Source: Candidatus Nomurabacteria bacterium (GTDB lineage Bacteria > Patescibacteriota > Minisyncoccia > Phycocordibacterales > PALSA-1337). From it: 34,839 nucleotides of DNA. The stretch is from the NCBI GenBank assembly GCA_943349555.1, contig CALQZK010000001.1:1-34839 (forward strand), given 5' to 3'. Position 1 is the stretch's first letter. Each line of letters opens with the position of its first letter. Made by a program: the position numbers and the translations under genes. The notes beneath the pieces were generated by a model, which did no database searches, was not told where the DNA came from, and saw only the letters and a program-made list of their open reading frames with translations. Below, in pieces: positions 21,700-30,040 of this stretch.

Positions 21700-23043
21700 C
21701 TACATTTCTTCACCATGTTCACGGTGATGCTTCCATATTTCCTGGAATTCTGGACTGGATGCCAGCAATTCATCAAACGTGCCGGAAGCAATGATCTTTC
21801 CTTTCTCGAACAGATAAATCTGGCCAAAATAAGGAAAGAGATGCGGCCGATGGATGGATGAAAGGACGGCTTTATCAGGAAAACCCTTGAAGATATTCCT
21901 ATAGATTTGCATCTCATTTGTCACATCGACACTGCTTGTCGGCTCATCAAGAAGAACTATGGATTTGTTTTCGCAGGCCAATAAGCCCCTAGCCAAAGCC
22001 AGCCTTTGCCGCTGTCCACTGCTCAAGTTTACCCCTTTTTCATTTACCAAGGAGGCGAACTTTTTCGGCAATGCTTCGATATCTGCCGTGATACATGCCA
22101 TATCTGTGTAGCGGCGGATTGTTTCCGCGGAATACTCTGCCCCAAGGGTAATATTTTCACCGATGGTTGTGGCGAATATTTCCTGATCTTGTGGTATGAG
22201 AGCGATAGCCCTGCTTATGCCCCCGAAGCCGTCAGGGATCACTACGCCGTCCACAGTCAGATCCAGGCTTTGAGGGTGATAGAGGTCCCGGAAAACCTTG
22301 AGGAAAGTTGTCTTTGCGCTTCCACTTTCCCCAATGAGGGCGATGCGTTCACCACGCTTGATCGACATCTGAATACTATTAAGATGACGATGTGCGCCAT
22401 TCTCTGCATGATACGAAAAATTTAAATTCCGTATCTGGATTTGCTGCCAGCGTTCCGGCAAGACATGATTAGTGAAGTTTTCCGACTTGAAGTCAGACGC
22501 CAATATTTGCGCATTCATGACTCTAGATTTCCTTTGCAGAATATCGCCGTACATTGACGCAAATCGGAAGAAGAGTTCACTAATTTTCGTCAAGTATCTC
22601 TGGAGAATGAAGAAGCTTACAATGACAGCGCCTTGCTGGGAGCCGATGTTCTTCCACAGATATACCCCGAGAACAAGGACGACCATAATTGTGCATCCCA
22701 TATTAGTCACGAACCATTTTATCTCGTTGATTACATTGTTTCTCTTGTAGAGGTCGTAAGGTTCGTCGATCTTCTTATATACCGCATCCAAAATTATCCT
22801 TTCAATCCGAAGGATAATAATTGTTGCGACATGATTGATCTTATCGTGAACGCTTTCCGATATTTTATTCTCATACTTATTAAGATCTTCGTAATTCTTG
22901 AGAATAATCCTGTCGAATCTTGTGATTATCCAGCAAGTGATGAGGATCATACCAAGCACGATATATGATGATGAGGGACTGAAGTAGATAAGCATTGCAT
23001 AGCTTATTGCAAACTGCACGAACGCGATGATAGATTCATACAC
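21700..23043 (-). CDS. ABC exporter-type protein (short TMD + NBD), possibly 5'-truncated
   Basis: Signature LSSGQRQR, Walker B LLDEPTSSVD, H-loop SSIHR. Walker A reads GESGSAKT (Ala where Gly is canonical). Only about 200 aa of membrane domain precede the NBD. Confidence 0.75.
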   Translation of the reverse strand: MYESIIAFVQFAISYAMLIYFSPSSSYIVLGMILITCWIITRFDRIILKNYEDLNKYENKISESVHDKINHVATIIILRIERIILDAVYKKIDEPYDLYKRNNVINEIKWFVTNMGCTIMVVLVLGVYLWKNIGSQQGAVIVSFFILQRYLTKISELFFRFASMYGDILQRKSRVMNAQILASDFKSENFTNHVLPERWQQIQIRNLNFSYHAENGAHRHLNSIQMSIKRGERIALIGESGSAKTTFLKVFRDLYHPQSLDLTVDGVVIPDGFGGISRAIALIPQDQEIFATTIGENITLGAEYSAETIRRYTDMACITADIEALPKKFASLVNEKGVNLSSGQRQRLALARGLLACENKSIVLLDEPTSSVDVTNEMQIYRNIFKGFPDKAVLSSIHRPHLFPYFGQIYLFEKGKIIASGTFDELLASSPEFQEIWKHHREHGEEM

Positions 23044-23079
23044 AGAAAGTCAATAGTAGCTTACAGAACAGAATTTCTC

Positions 23080-23748
23080 CTACTTCCCCACCGCAGTCAC
23101 CTTCTTCATCACGACATCCTCTACCGGCTTATCGTCGCCACCTACTTTGGAATTTGCTATAGCATCTACAACTTCCATTCCGCTCACAACACGGCCAAAG
23201 ATTGTGTAACTGTTTGGAAGAGGGTAGTCAGCATGCATAATAAAGAATTGGCTACCATTCGTATTAGGCCCGGAATTCGCCATAGCTACCACACCTCTCT
23301 TATATCCAGTCTTGTATGACTCTGTATTAGGGTTCAATTCATCCTCAAACTTATACCCCGGTCCTCCCCTGCCTGTTCCCGTAGGATCTCCTCCTTGAAT
23401 CATGAAGCCTTTTATCACTCGGTGGAATATGACCCCATCATAGAAAGATTTGCCAGCAAGCTCGACGAAATTCTGAGAAGCTTTCGGCGCATCTTGATCA
23501 TAAGTTTCAAAAACTATTTTTCCTTTATTTGTTTCGATTGTTACTGTGTGCATAAGATTTTTTAATGTTTGGGGGGCTTGTGTTACCGGTGCCGGAGTTG
23601 CCTCTGACGCCTGTGGCGTCTTTATATCTTGTGCCTCTTTTTCCACTTTGCCCGACCACCAGAAATATCCCGCTCCGATAATAATGATTGCGATAATAAA
23701 TGTTACATATGCCGATGCTGGCATTTTTTCTTCTTGTTTTTCTTGCAT
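23080..23748 (-). CDS. Cyclophilin-type peptidyl-prolyl isomerase with an N-terminal membrane anchor
   Basis: FHRVIKGFMIQGGDPTGTGRGGPGY...GSQFFI. Confidence 0.9.
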   Translation of the reverse strand: MQEKQEEKMPASAYVTFIIAIIIIGAGYFWWSGKVEKEAQDIKTPQASEATPAPVTQAPQTLKNLMHTVTIETNKGKIVFETYDQDAPKASQNFVELAGKSFYDGVIFHRVIKGFMIQGGDPTGTGRGGPGYKFEDELNPNTESYKTGYKRGVVAMANSGPNTNGSQFFIMHADYPLPNSYTIFGRVVSGMEVVDAIANSKVGGDDKPVEDVVMKKVTAVGK

Positions 23749-24756
23749 TCAGAGATTATACATTATCTTTGCAGTAGAAACCACTTTCTCAATCGCCTGT
23801 TCCAGAGGCATGGAGAGAACCGCTCCTGCTGCAGCCTTATGACCTCCTCCGCCAAGCTCGGCGGCAAGTTTAGAAACATCATATTTATTTGAATCAGAAG
23901 AACGGAAGCTCAACTTCACAACACTTGGCTGTGATTCTGCAGCACAGGCTACCATGCTCCAGTCCGGGACGCTGCGCATGAACGACGATATAGCTCCTGC
24001 ACTGACATCGCTAGCTGGAATTTTTTTACTTTCTATTACAGAATACGCCACCGAAGATATGGCCAATTTGCCGTCAAAAAGAACGGAAATATTGCCCAGA
24101 GCTGCAGCTTCAAAAGATATGAATCCTGGAGTATTGGAATTTTCCATTTTGGAAATAAGGAGTGGGATGCTTGGTATATGAGAAGCAAGATCGGCCACAG
24201 CAGAAAAAGTTTTCGGTCCAACTCCTTCATACTTAAACCCTCCAGTATCCGTGTATGTGCCAATGAAAAGATTGCTGGCAATATCGGAGTCCAACTTTAT
24301 ACTCCATTCTTTAAACAAATCGAAAAGAATAAGGCAATTAGCAGGATATGAGGGATCGATAATATTGATGGAACCACAGCCAGGATTGGTGCGATGATGA
24401 TCGATATTTATAATTTTCAATGATTCGGGAAACATTACTTCTTTAATCCGTGAGACTCCTCCCTTCCCAGAATCCAAAATGATAAAAAGATCAAATTCAT
24501 TTACGTCAATCTCAAAGAAATTCTTCTTTACTATTTCCTTTGCCCCAGGGAAATGCATAAAAGCCTTGGGAATCTCCGAATCCCCCTGTATAGCTGTAAC
24601 TTTCTTGCCAAGCTGTTCCAGGGCGAATTTCATAGCTAAAACAGACCCTACACTGTCAGGATCTGGCGAAGGATGGCAATGTAAAAGGATATGCTTTGCC
24701 TTTTTTATTTCAGCTAAAATTGCCTGGGTTTCAGGCCACGCTTTATCTTGGCTCAT
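23749..24756 (-). CDS. DHH/DHHA1 phosphoesterase (NrnA-like)
   Basis: HPSPDPDSVGS, the IDHHRTN (DHH) motif, and the C-terminal GGGGHKAAAG (DHHA1) motif. Confidence 0.8.
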   Translation of the reverse strand: MSQDKAWPETQAILAEIKKAKHILLHCHPSPDPDSVGSVLAMKFALEQLGKKVTAIQGDSEIPKAFMHFPGAKEIVKKNFFEIDVNEFDLFIILDSGKGGVSRIKEVMFPESLKIINIDHHRTNPGCGSINIIDPSYPANCLILFDLFKEWSIKLDSDIASNLFIGTYTDTGGFKYEGVGPKTFSAVADLASHIPSIPLLISKMENSNTPGFISFEAAALGNISVLFDGKLAISSVAYSVIESKKIPASDVSAGAISSFMRSVPDWSMVACAAESQPSVVKLSFRSSDSNKYDVSKLAAELGGGGHKAAAGAVLSMPLEQAIEKVVSTAKIMYNL

Positions 24757-25076
24757 GCCCAGATTATAGCACGAAGTTTTCTGATTGAATTAACACAGGC
24801 CATTGTGCCTGACAGGATGAGCAGACCAAAGACTGTCTGAACAATTATTCTTGTATGAAGAAGAGATGAGTAGGCATAAGAAAAGCGATCCACCCAGTCC
24901 ACCTGCGTCATGATATTCGCCAAAACATCAGTGAAGGAAATCAGAATACTGGAACAGAAAATAAGCGCGGCGGCGAACAAAGCGCTTGCCAATGGAGACG
25001 TAGTGAAAAGCCATATGTTGCGCACAGTTCTTATGCGCGACATGACTTCGTATTTAAGTTGAAAGTCAGGATTCAT
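24753..25076 (-). CDS. Small membrane protein, candidate anti-sigma partner
   Basis: Three hydrophobic segments. It lies immediately downstream of the ECF sigma gene and has a 4-nt overlap with the next gene. Confidence 0.45.
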   Translation of the reverse strand: MNPDFQLKYEVMSRIRTVRNIWLFTTSPLASALFAAALIFCSSILISFTDVLANIMTQVDWVDRFSYAYSSLLHTRIIVQTVFGLLILSGTMACVNSIRKLRAIIWA

Positions 25077-25081
25077 GATAG

Positions 25082-25687
25082 TTATATGCGTACTGTTTCT
25101 TGTTTTAAATTTTTGTCTTTAGAGTAGATAAAATTTAGCTCTTTTAATTTATCTTTTGCCCTCGATATGCGCGTTCTGACAACTCCATAGGAAACCCCTT
25201 CTATTTTGGCAATTTCCTTTTCCGACTTATGATCGAAGATATAGAGTTCGATCGTTCGCTTCAAAAGAGCGGGTAATTTTGACACGAGCGAGAGCAGGTA
25301 ATCTTTGTCGAGGCCGTACTCTCTCAATTCCTTGACCGAAAAATCTTCTATTTCTCCTGTAACTTCCGGATCCAAGGTAAAGGTCGCTCGCTTCTTATTC
25401 TTGGAATATATAGTGTAGCAGACCCGGATCAGAATAGCATATGCCCATGAGGAAAACTTTATACCTTCCCTTTTTGCATATTTGGGAGCGTGGATGTACA
25501 TACGGACGAAAGCCTCCTGTACAGCATCTTCCGCATCCTCCATACCGAGTATTTTCCTCGCTGCATGGAGAAATGGCACTTCATAGCGGTCTACAATGAT
25601 GCCGAAAGCTGAAGGATCTTCAATAGATCTCTTCAAGACGACTTCGTCTGGCAGTGTAATCGGATCTGTTTCTATTTCCATATACAC
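25082..25687 (-). CDS. ECF-type sigma-70 family RNA polymerase sigma factor
   Basis: Region 2-like ...AEDAVQEAFVRMY... and region 4 HTH EKEIAKIEGVSYGVVRTRISRAKDKL. Confidence 0.85.
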   Translation of the reverse strand: MYMEIETDPITLPDEVVLKRSIEDPSAFGIIVDRYEVPFLHAARKILGMEDAEDAVQEAFVRMYIHAPKYAKREGIKFSSWAYAILIRVCYTIYSKNKKRATFTLDPEVTGEIEDFSVKELREYGLDKDYLLSLVSKLPALLKRTIELYIFDHKSEKEIAKIEGVSYGVVRTRISRAKDKLKELNFIYSKDKNLKQETVRI

Positions 25688-25811
25688 CTATTATAACCGA
25701 TGAAAGGGGTAAAATGTTACAAGATGAATCTTGAATTTTGAGGTACCATGTGTTATCCTTGTCGTGAATCTGTCAACAAATGTTCAAATCTCAAAAAACA
25801 AAGGATCTACT

Positions 25812-26501
25812 ATGCGACGATCGTATACAATGCGGGTACGGATCGGTTTTGACCACAAGAGTGTCCTACACGGGAGAGGATGGCGTGGCGTGACTACACT
25901 GTATCGCGACGATACGTTAGTGCTGGAGCGGACAGTTCCCGGCACAAATCGTCGGGCTGCTGTGACGGTAGCTCTAAACTGGCTGTGGGTGCATTTGGGT
26001 CACCAGCTTGGACAGGCCCAGACATTACTCACCGTCGACAACCCCTATGAGGAAGTCAAATACAGCACTTCCTTTCATTGCCGAGCACGGGAGTATTGCT
26101 ACTTGGATGAGATCACCGTCACGCAGCTTCTTTTGGAAGCAAATGGTGAACTCGTGCGTGAGACAAGGTTGCGCGCCTTGCATCACCCGTACGGATCGGT
26201 GCGACGTATCAAGCGGCGCAGGAAGTTGCCTGCCCGAGTCGCGCCCAATGTGTATGCCGACGCGAACAATACGTTCTTTTATCGCTACACGCATGTGCCC
26301 CAGCACTCAAAAAAAGGGAAATTCATCCGCTATCGAAAAGTTCGATTCTTGCGACTAGAAGCCCGTGGTCTATCCTCTGCCATTAAAGAGATAAAGGATC
26401 GTGATCTTCCTGCCTTACATAAAAGTCGCAGAATTCTTGGGGACATTCGTTCGGTCTCAAGGCTTGAAAGCCTCTATACCAACGTGTCACTGAGGACGTA
26501 A
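25812..26501 (+). CDS. Hypothetical Arg-rich basic protein in a GC-rich island
   Basis: The long ORF has G/C-ending codon usage unlike its neighbours. The ATG at 25812 coincides with the compositional shift. No domain was recognised. Confidence 0.5.
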   Translation: MRRSYTMRVRIGFDHKSVLHGRGWRGVTTLYRDDTLVLERTVPGTNRRAAVTVALNWLWVHLGHQLGQAQTLLTVDNPYEEVKYSTSFHCRAREYCYLDEITVTQLLLEANGELVRETRLRALHHPYGSVRRIKRRRKLPARVAPNVYADANNTFFYRYTHVPQHSKKGKFIRYRKVRFLRLEARGLSSAIKEIKDRDLPALHKSRRILGDIRSVSRLESLYTNVSLRT

Positions 26502-26570
26502 CGTAATTCAAAGGCGTCGTTTGGGGCTTCGTAGAGAAGGTACCATCGATGCCTTTTCTACTAATTGCGG

Positions 26571-26828
26571 AGCCGTTGTCCGGGATTGAACCGGAGACCT
26601 CGTCATTCGCTTACACCTCCTTTTTATGTATATAGGAGGACTAGACTGTATCTTAATCCATTTAGGATTCCCTTGTCAGTCGTTCGAGCGATTTAGATCG
26701 CTACGGTCTTATCCAATGCTACCTTGGACTTTAACCGTGATTCGGGATTCATAACAGTGTTGCCACTGAAATGGGCAGGGGTCATGCGACCCACCAATGA
26801 CGTGCTCTACCAACTGAGCTACAACGGC
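26571..26828 (-). tRNA. tRNA-Thr(GGU) interrupted by a 185-nt intron after position 36
   Basis: Exon 1 (26828..26793) is GCCGTTGTAGCTCAGTTGGTAGAGCACGTCATTGGT. Exon 2 (26607..26571) is AATGACGAGGTCTCCGGTTCAATCCCGGACAACGGCT. Joined, they give a canonical 73-nt cloverleaf with anticodon loop TTGGTAA. Confidence 0.8.
26608..26792 (-). ncRNA. Group I-like intron in the tRNA-Thr anticodon loop
   Basis: The 5' exon ends in U and the intron ends in G. Candidate pairings are P2 CAGTG-GCAA-CACTG, P4 CACGGT/ACCGT, P5 TCCAA/TTGGA, P6 GCGAT/ATCGC, P7 GACTG/CAGTC, P8 AATCC/GGATT and P9 CCTCC/GGAGG. J8/7 reads AAGATA before CAGTC. Confidence 0.62.
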
Positions 26829-26842
26829 ATATCTTGGTTTAA

Positions 26843-26864
26843 CTACCAAGACAGCTACAACGGC
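26843..26864 (-). repeat. Partial duplicate of the tRNA-Thr 5' end (19/22 identity with 26807..26828)
   Basis: ctaccaaGACagctacaacggc compares with ctaccaaCTGagctacaacggc. The copy lies 36 nt upstream of the tRNA gene in the tRNA orientation. Confidence 0.7.
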
Positions 26865-26890
26865 GTATGTACATGTCCGTTGCTATCCTC

Positions 26891-27694
26891 TCACAAATTC
26901 TTCGGCAAAACAACCGTGACCGTCGTTCCTTTATTAAGTTCTGAGGCAATAGATATGCTTCCCCCATGTAGTTCTATCATCTTCTTTGAGGTATATAGCC
27001 CAACTCCGCTCTCGTCCGGCTCAACCATGACTGCATTCTTGCCTCTGTGTAGTCGATCAAAAATGTAGGGCAAATCCTCTGGTGTAATGCCGATACCTGT
27101 ATCTTTGGTGATTATCGTAACCGATGACTGGCTGTCGGAAATATTCACATCCACACTGCCATTTGGAGAATACTTTATGGCATTGTCAATAATGTTAATA
27201 ATGGCTGCTTTAATCTTATTCCTATCAGCATTAATCAGAATGGAAGTCTGCGGGGAAATAAAATTTAATTTGATTTTCTTCTTTACAGTAATGAAATTCA
27301 ATTCCGCGATAATGGACTGGACCATGCCAACGATATCTACGCGTTCCGGATTCAATATGAGAGTGCCTCCTTCGGCCTCAATTGTCTTGAGCATGCCATT
27401 AATGATGCCTATGGCGTCTTTTATACGCTCAAGGCCTGCATCGATAAGGGAAATTGAGTCAGAGGGCAATGAAGTCTCTGATTTAAGCATTTCCAGAGCC
27501 CATTTCACCCCAGAGAGCGGCGTGCGAAGCTGATGCTGTGCCACGCTTAAAAAGTCATTCTTCAGTCGGTCGAGCTGGACCATTTTTCCAAGCTTTTTGG
27601 CGGTCTCTTCTCTCTGCTTTTTTTCGTAAAGGGCGTATAGGAAAAAAATAATTACTAGGACAGATAAAGCGATGGCATAGTAGGAATTTTCCAT
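26891..27694 (-). CDS. Orphan sensor histidine kinase
   Basis: TM segment, H-box AQHQLRTPLSG, N-box NIIDNAIKYS, G1 KDTGIGI, G2 GVGLY. Confidence 0.85.
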   Translation of the reverse strand: MENSYYAIALSVLVIIFFLYALYEKKQREETAKKLGKMVQLDRLKNDFLSVAQHQLRTPLSGVKWALEMLKSETSLPSDSISLIDAGLERIKDAIGIINGMLKTIEAEGGTLILNPERVDIVGMVQSIIAELNFITVKKKIKLNFISPQTSILINADRNKIKAAIINIIDNAIKYSPNGSVDVNISDSQSSVTIITKDTGIGITPEDLPYIFDRLHRGKNAVMVEPDESGVGLYTSKKMIELHGGSISIASELNKGTTVTVVLPKNL

Positions 27695-27750
27695 GCAGTT
27701 ATTCTAACATATAATTATTGACATGCTATACTTAATATAAAATCAACAAT

Positions 27751-29277
27751 ATGTACCACAAGCAATTAGTCACTCATGTAACCACCAAAATTAATGAGGG
27801 GGTGGAAAAAGAAAAAATCCAAGATGAACTTATTGCTGATGGTTGGTCAGCAGACGATATTAAAGAAGCATTTTATTATAGCTCGTACCCAGAAAAGCTT
27901 CACCATTTTTCTTTTATTCGAGCTCTTCATTCAGAAGTTCCTGCTAGTGTCACAATAATTTTAATAGTCCTTGTTGCTACAGTACTAGGCAGTTACTTTT
28001 TCTTTTTCAGAGACACGACACTCAATTACAATATTAATCTACCTGCAGTGCCAGAGCCGAATCAGGTCGCATTTACCTACGGTGAACAACCAGCACTTTC
28101 TGATCCCGATTTCTTTGGAAAAGTTAAGCAACAATTTATTGATGACGAGGCCGATTTTATTGAAGCGGATCTTTCAGCAATGACTATTAGAGTATACAAA
28201 GATGGTGAAATGTCCCTGGAGGTTCCAATAAACAGTAAGGGCCGAGAAGGGTCCTGGTGGGAAACGCCTGCCGGACTCTATAAAATCAGCACAAAAGAAG
28301 ATAGGCACTTCTCCGGCATGGGTCATGTCTGGATGCCGTGGAGCATGAAATTCCAAGGGAATTTTTACATACATGGACGAACCTATTATCCAGATGGAAC
28401 GCTAACCGCCAAAGAATTTACAGGAGGCTGTATTCGTCTGTCCACTGAGGATGCAGAGAAGGTGTATCGTGCCATTGAAGTTGGTACGCCGTTGCTAGTT
28501 TTTGAACACAGTTTTTCTCCTGATACATTTACCTATCAAAGCGAGGCTGGGCCGGTTCTTTCAGCACCAAGCTATTTAAGTGCTGATTTACTTAATAATC
28601 ACGTCTTTGCAAGTAAGGAGTCGACAAAGGAACTGCCTATAGCATCGATCACAAAACTAATGACCGCACTCATTGCGACTGAATATATCAATCTCGATAA
28701 TATGGCTACTGTACCAAAAGAAGCTTTGGTCTACACATCAAAATCCCGCCTCAAAGCAGGTTCACAGTACAGTATTTATCAATTGCTATTCCCTCTACTA
28801 ATGGAATCTTCAAATGAGGCGGCGGAAACGATTGCACGGTATTATGGACGCGCTAATTTTATCCAACACATGAATGAAAAAGCTGCATCTATAGGAATGA
28901 CACACACTCATTTCGCCGATGCTTCTGGCGCCCTAGCAGAAAATACGTCTACCGCAGAAGATCTATTTATGCTTTCTAAATATATCTACAACAACAGAAG
29001 TTTCATATTCGATATTACTTCAGGGAAAGTCAAGAGTAGCGCTTACGGGACAAATGGATTTACTGACCTTGATAACTTCAATGATTTTATTAATAACGAA
29101 TTCTTTTTCGGAGGAAAGAACGGCAAGACGACAGCAGCTTCAGAAACAAACCTTTCCGTATTTGAATTACCCGTAGGAAATACAAAGAGGCCAATCGTTT
29201 CCATAGTCATTGGCGCACAGAACGCAGCAAAAGATTCTCAAATCCTGCTGGAATATACATTAAATCATTTCCGTTAA
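27751..29277 (+). CDS. Fusion: L,D-transpeptidase (YkuD) domain + D-alanyl-D-alanine carboxypeptidase (S11-type) domain
   Basis: TM segment, then the YkuD motif HG...GGCIRL. The serine-peptidase motifs are SITK (SxxK) and SNE (SxN), plus a KTG-like KNGKT. Confidence 0.72.
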   Translation: MYHKQLVTHVTTKINEGVEKEKIQDELIADGWSADDIKEAFYYSSYPEKLHHFSFIRALHSEVPASVTIILIVLVATVLGSYFFFFRDTTLNYNINLPAVPEPNQVAFTYGEQPALSDPDFFGKVKQQFIDDEADFIEADLSAMTIRVYKDGEMSLEVPINSKGREGSWWETPAGLYKISTKEDRHFSGMGHVWMPWSMKFQGNFYIHGRTYYPDGTLTAKEFTGGCIRLSTEDAEKVYRAIEVGTPLLVFEHSFSPDTFTYQSEAGPVLSAPSYLSADLLNNHVFASKESTKELPIASITKLMTALIATEYINLDNMATVPKEALVYTSKSRLKAGSQYSIYQLLFPLLMESSNEAAETIARYYGRANFIQHMNEKAASIGMTHTHFADASGALAENTSTAEDLFMLSKYIYNNRSFIFDITSGKVKSSAYGTNGFTDLDNFNDFINNEFFFGGKNGKTTAASETNLSVFELPVGNTKRPIVSIVIGAQNAAKDSQILLEYTLNHFR

Positions 29278-29298
29278 TGCGCGGCTTAGTGGACGACT

Positions 29299-29805
29299 TT
29301 AATAATTGCAATGCTGTAAATTATCTAGTCTACCATCTTCTTTTATCTTGATAGTCCAACCATCATAATGTCCAGGTTCGGATAAAATCATGTAACAACC
29401 TCCGATTTTTTCTGGGTTATTATTATCTTTTGCAATTACAATGTAACGATTGCTTTCTTGATACTTTGCAATGGAAATATTGGGCTCCAAATTTTCAAAA
29501 TGCAACCAATTATCAACTTCGGTTTTTTTATCGAGAACAACTTTATCTTTATTTCCATCCAAATCATTATCATTATGTAATTTAATAACTATGGATGAAT
29601 TGGGCACTGGACTATTAGTAATTGCATCTACAATATAGAATCCTCCCGACACCTTTCTATTTATAGCGTCTTCCAACATCATTTGGATAGATGATTTGTT
29701 TGGATCTGATGATGGGAAATATATAGCCCCAGCAATGAATAGCAATATTAAGATACCTATTATGTATATAATTTTCTTTATCATTAATAACTTCAATCTT
29801 ACCAC
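29299..29805 (-). CDS. Hypothetical membrane-anchored protein
   Basis: N-terminal hydrophobic helix and no recognised motif. Confidence 0.45.
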   Translation of the reverse strand: MVRLKLLMIKKIIYIIGILILLFIAGAIYFPSSDPNKSSIQMMLEDAINRKVSGGFYIVDAITNSPVPNSSIVIKLHNDNDLDGNKDKVVLDKKTEVDNWLHFENLEPNISIAKYQESNRYIVIAKDNNNPEKIGGCYMILSEPGHYDGWTIKIKEDGRLDNLQHCNY

Positions 29806-29826
29806 AGTTCTAACCTCCTATTTCTG

Positions 29827-29901
29827 CGCGGCTGAAGGGATTCGAACCCTCGGTCTATCCCGTGACAGGGGATTGTGTTAGGCCAGCTACACCACAGCCG
29901 C
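29827..29901 (-). tRNA. tRNA-Asp(GTC)
   Basis: Hand-folded as GCGGCTG acceptor, anticodon arm ATCCC-CTGTCAC-GGGAT, and T arm GAGGG-TTCGAAT-CCCTT. Length is 75 nt. Confidence 0.85.
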
Positions 29902-29957
29902 ATTAGGATAAATGTACCAAAAAATGCTTAAAATGCAAGAAAAATAAACGATTGCTG

Positions 29958-30028
29958 TGTCGGTGAATGGAATCGGACCATTGTCTGAGCCTTATGAGTG
30001 CTCTGTTTTGCCATTAAACTACACCGAC
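29958..30028 (-). tRNA. tRNA(CAT), elongator-type (Met or Ile2)
   Basis: Acceptor GTCGGTG/CACCGAC, D stem GTTT/AAAC (Y11:R24), anticodon loop CTCATAA, and an unusual T loop TCCGATT. Length is 71 nt. Confidence 0.75.
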
Positions 30029-30040
30029 ATTACATCCTTG

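Noticed and set aside
25812-26501. The GC-rich segment as a structured RNA (RNase P, tmRNA, group II intron or rRNA fragment) rather than a gene
   Set aside because: I found no conserved RNA motifs, such as the RNase P GGAAAGUCC-type P4 or the group II domain V. An uninterrupted 229-codon frame with a consistent G/C third-position bias is unlikely by chance. It was kept as a low-confidence CDS.
26724-27068. Track ORF 26724..27068 (+), 114 aa
   Set aside because: It spans the tRNA-Thr intron and exon and the 3' end of the histidine kinase gene on the opposite strand, and has no coding features.
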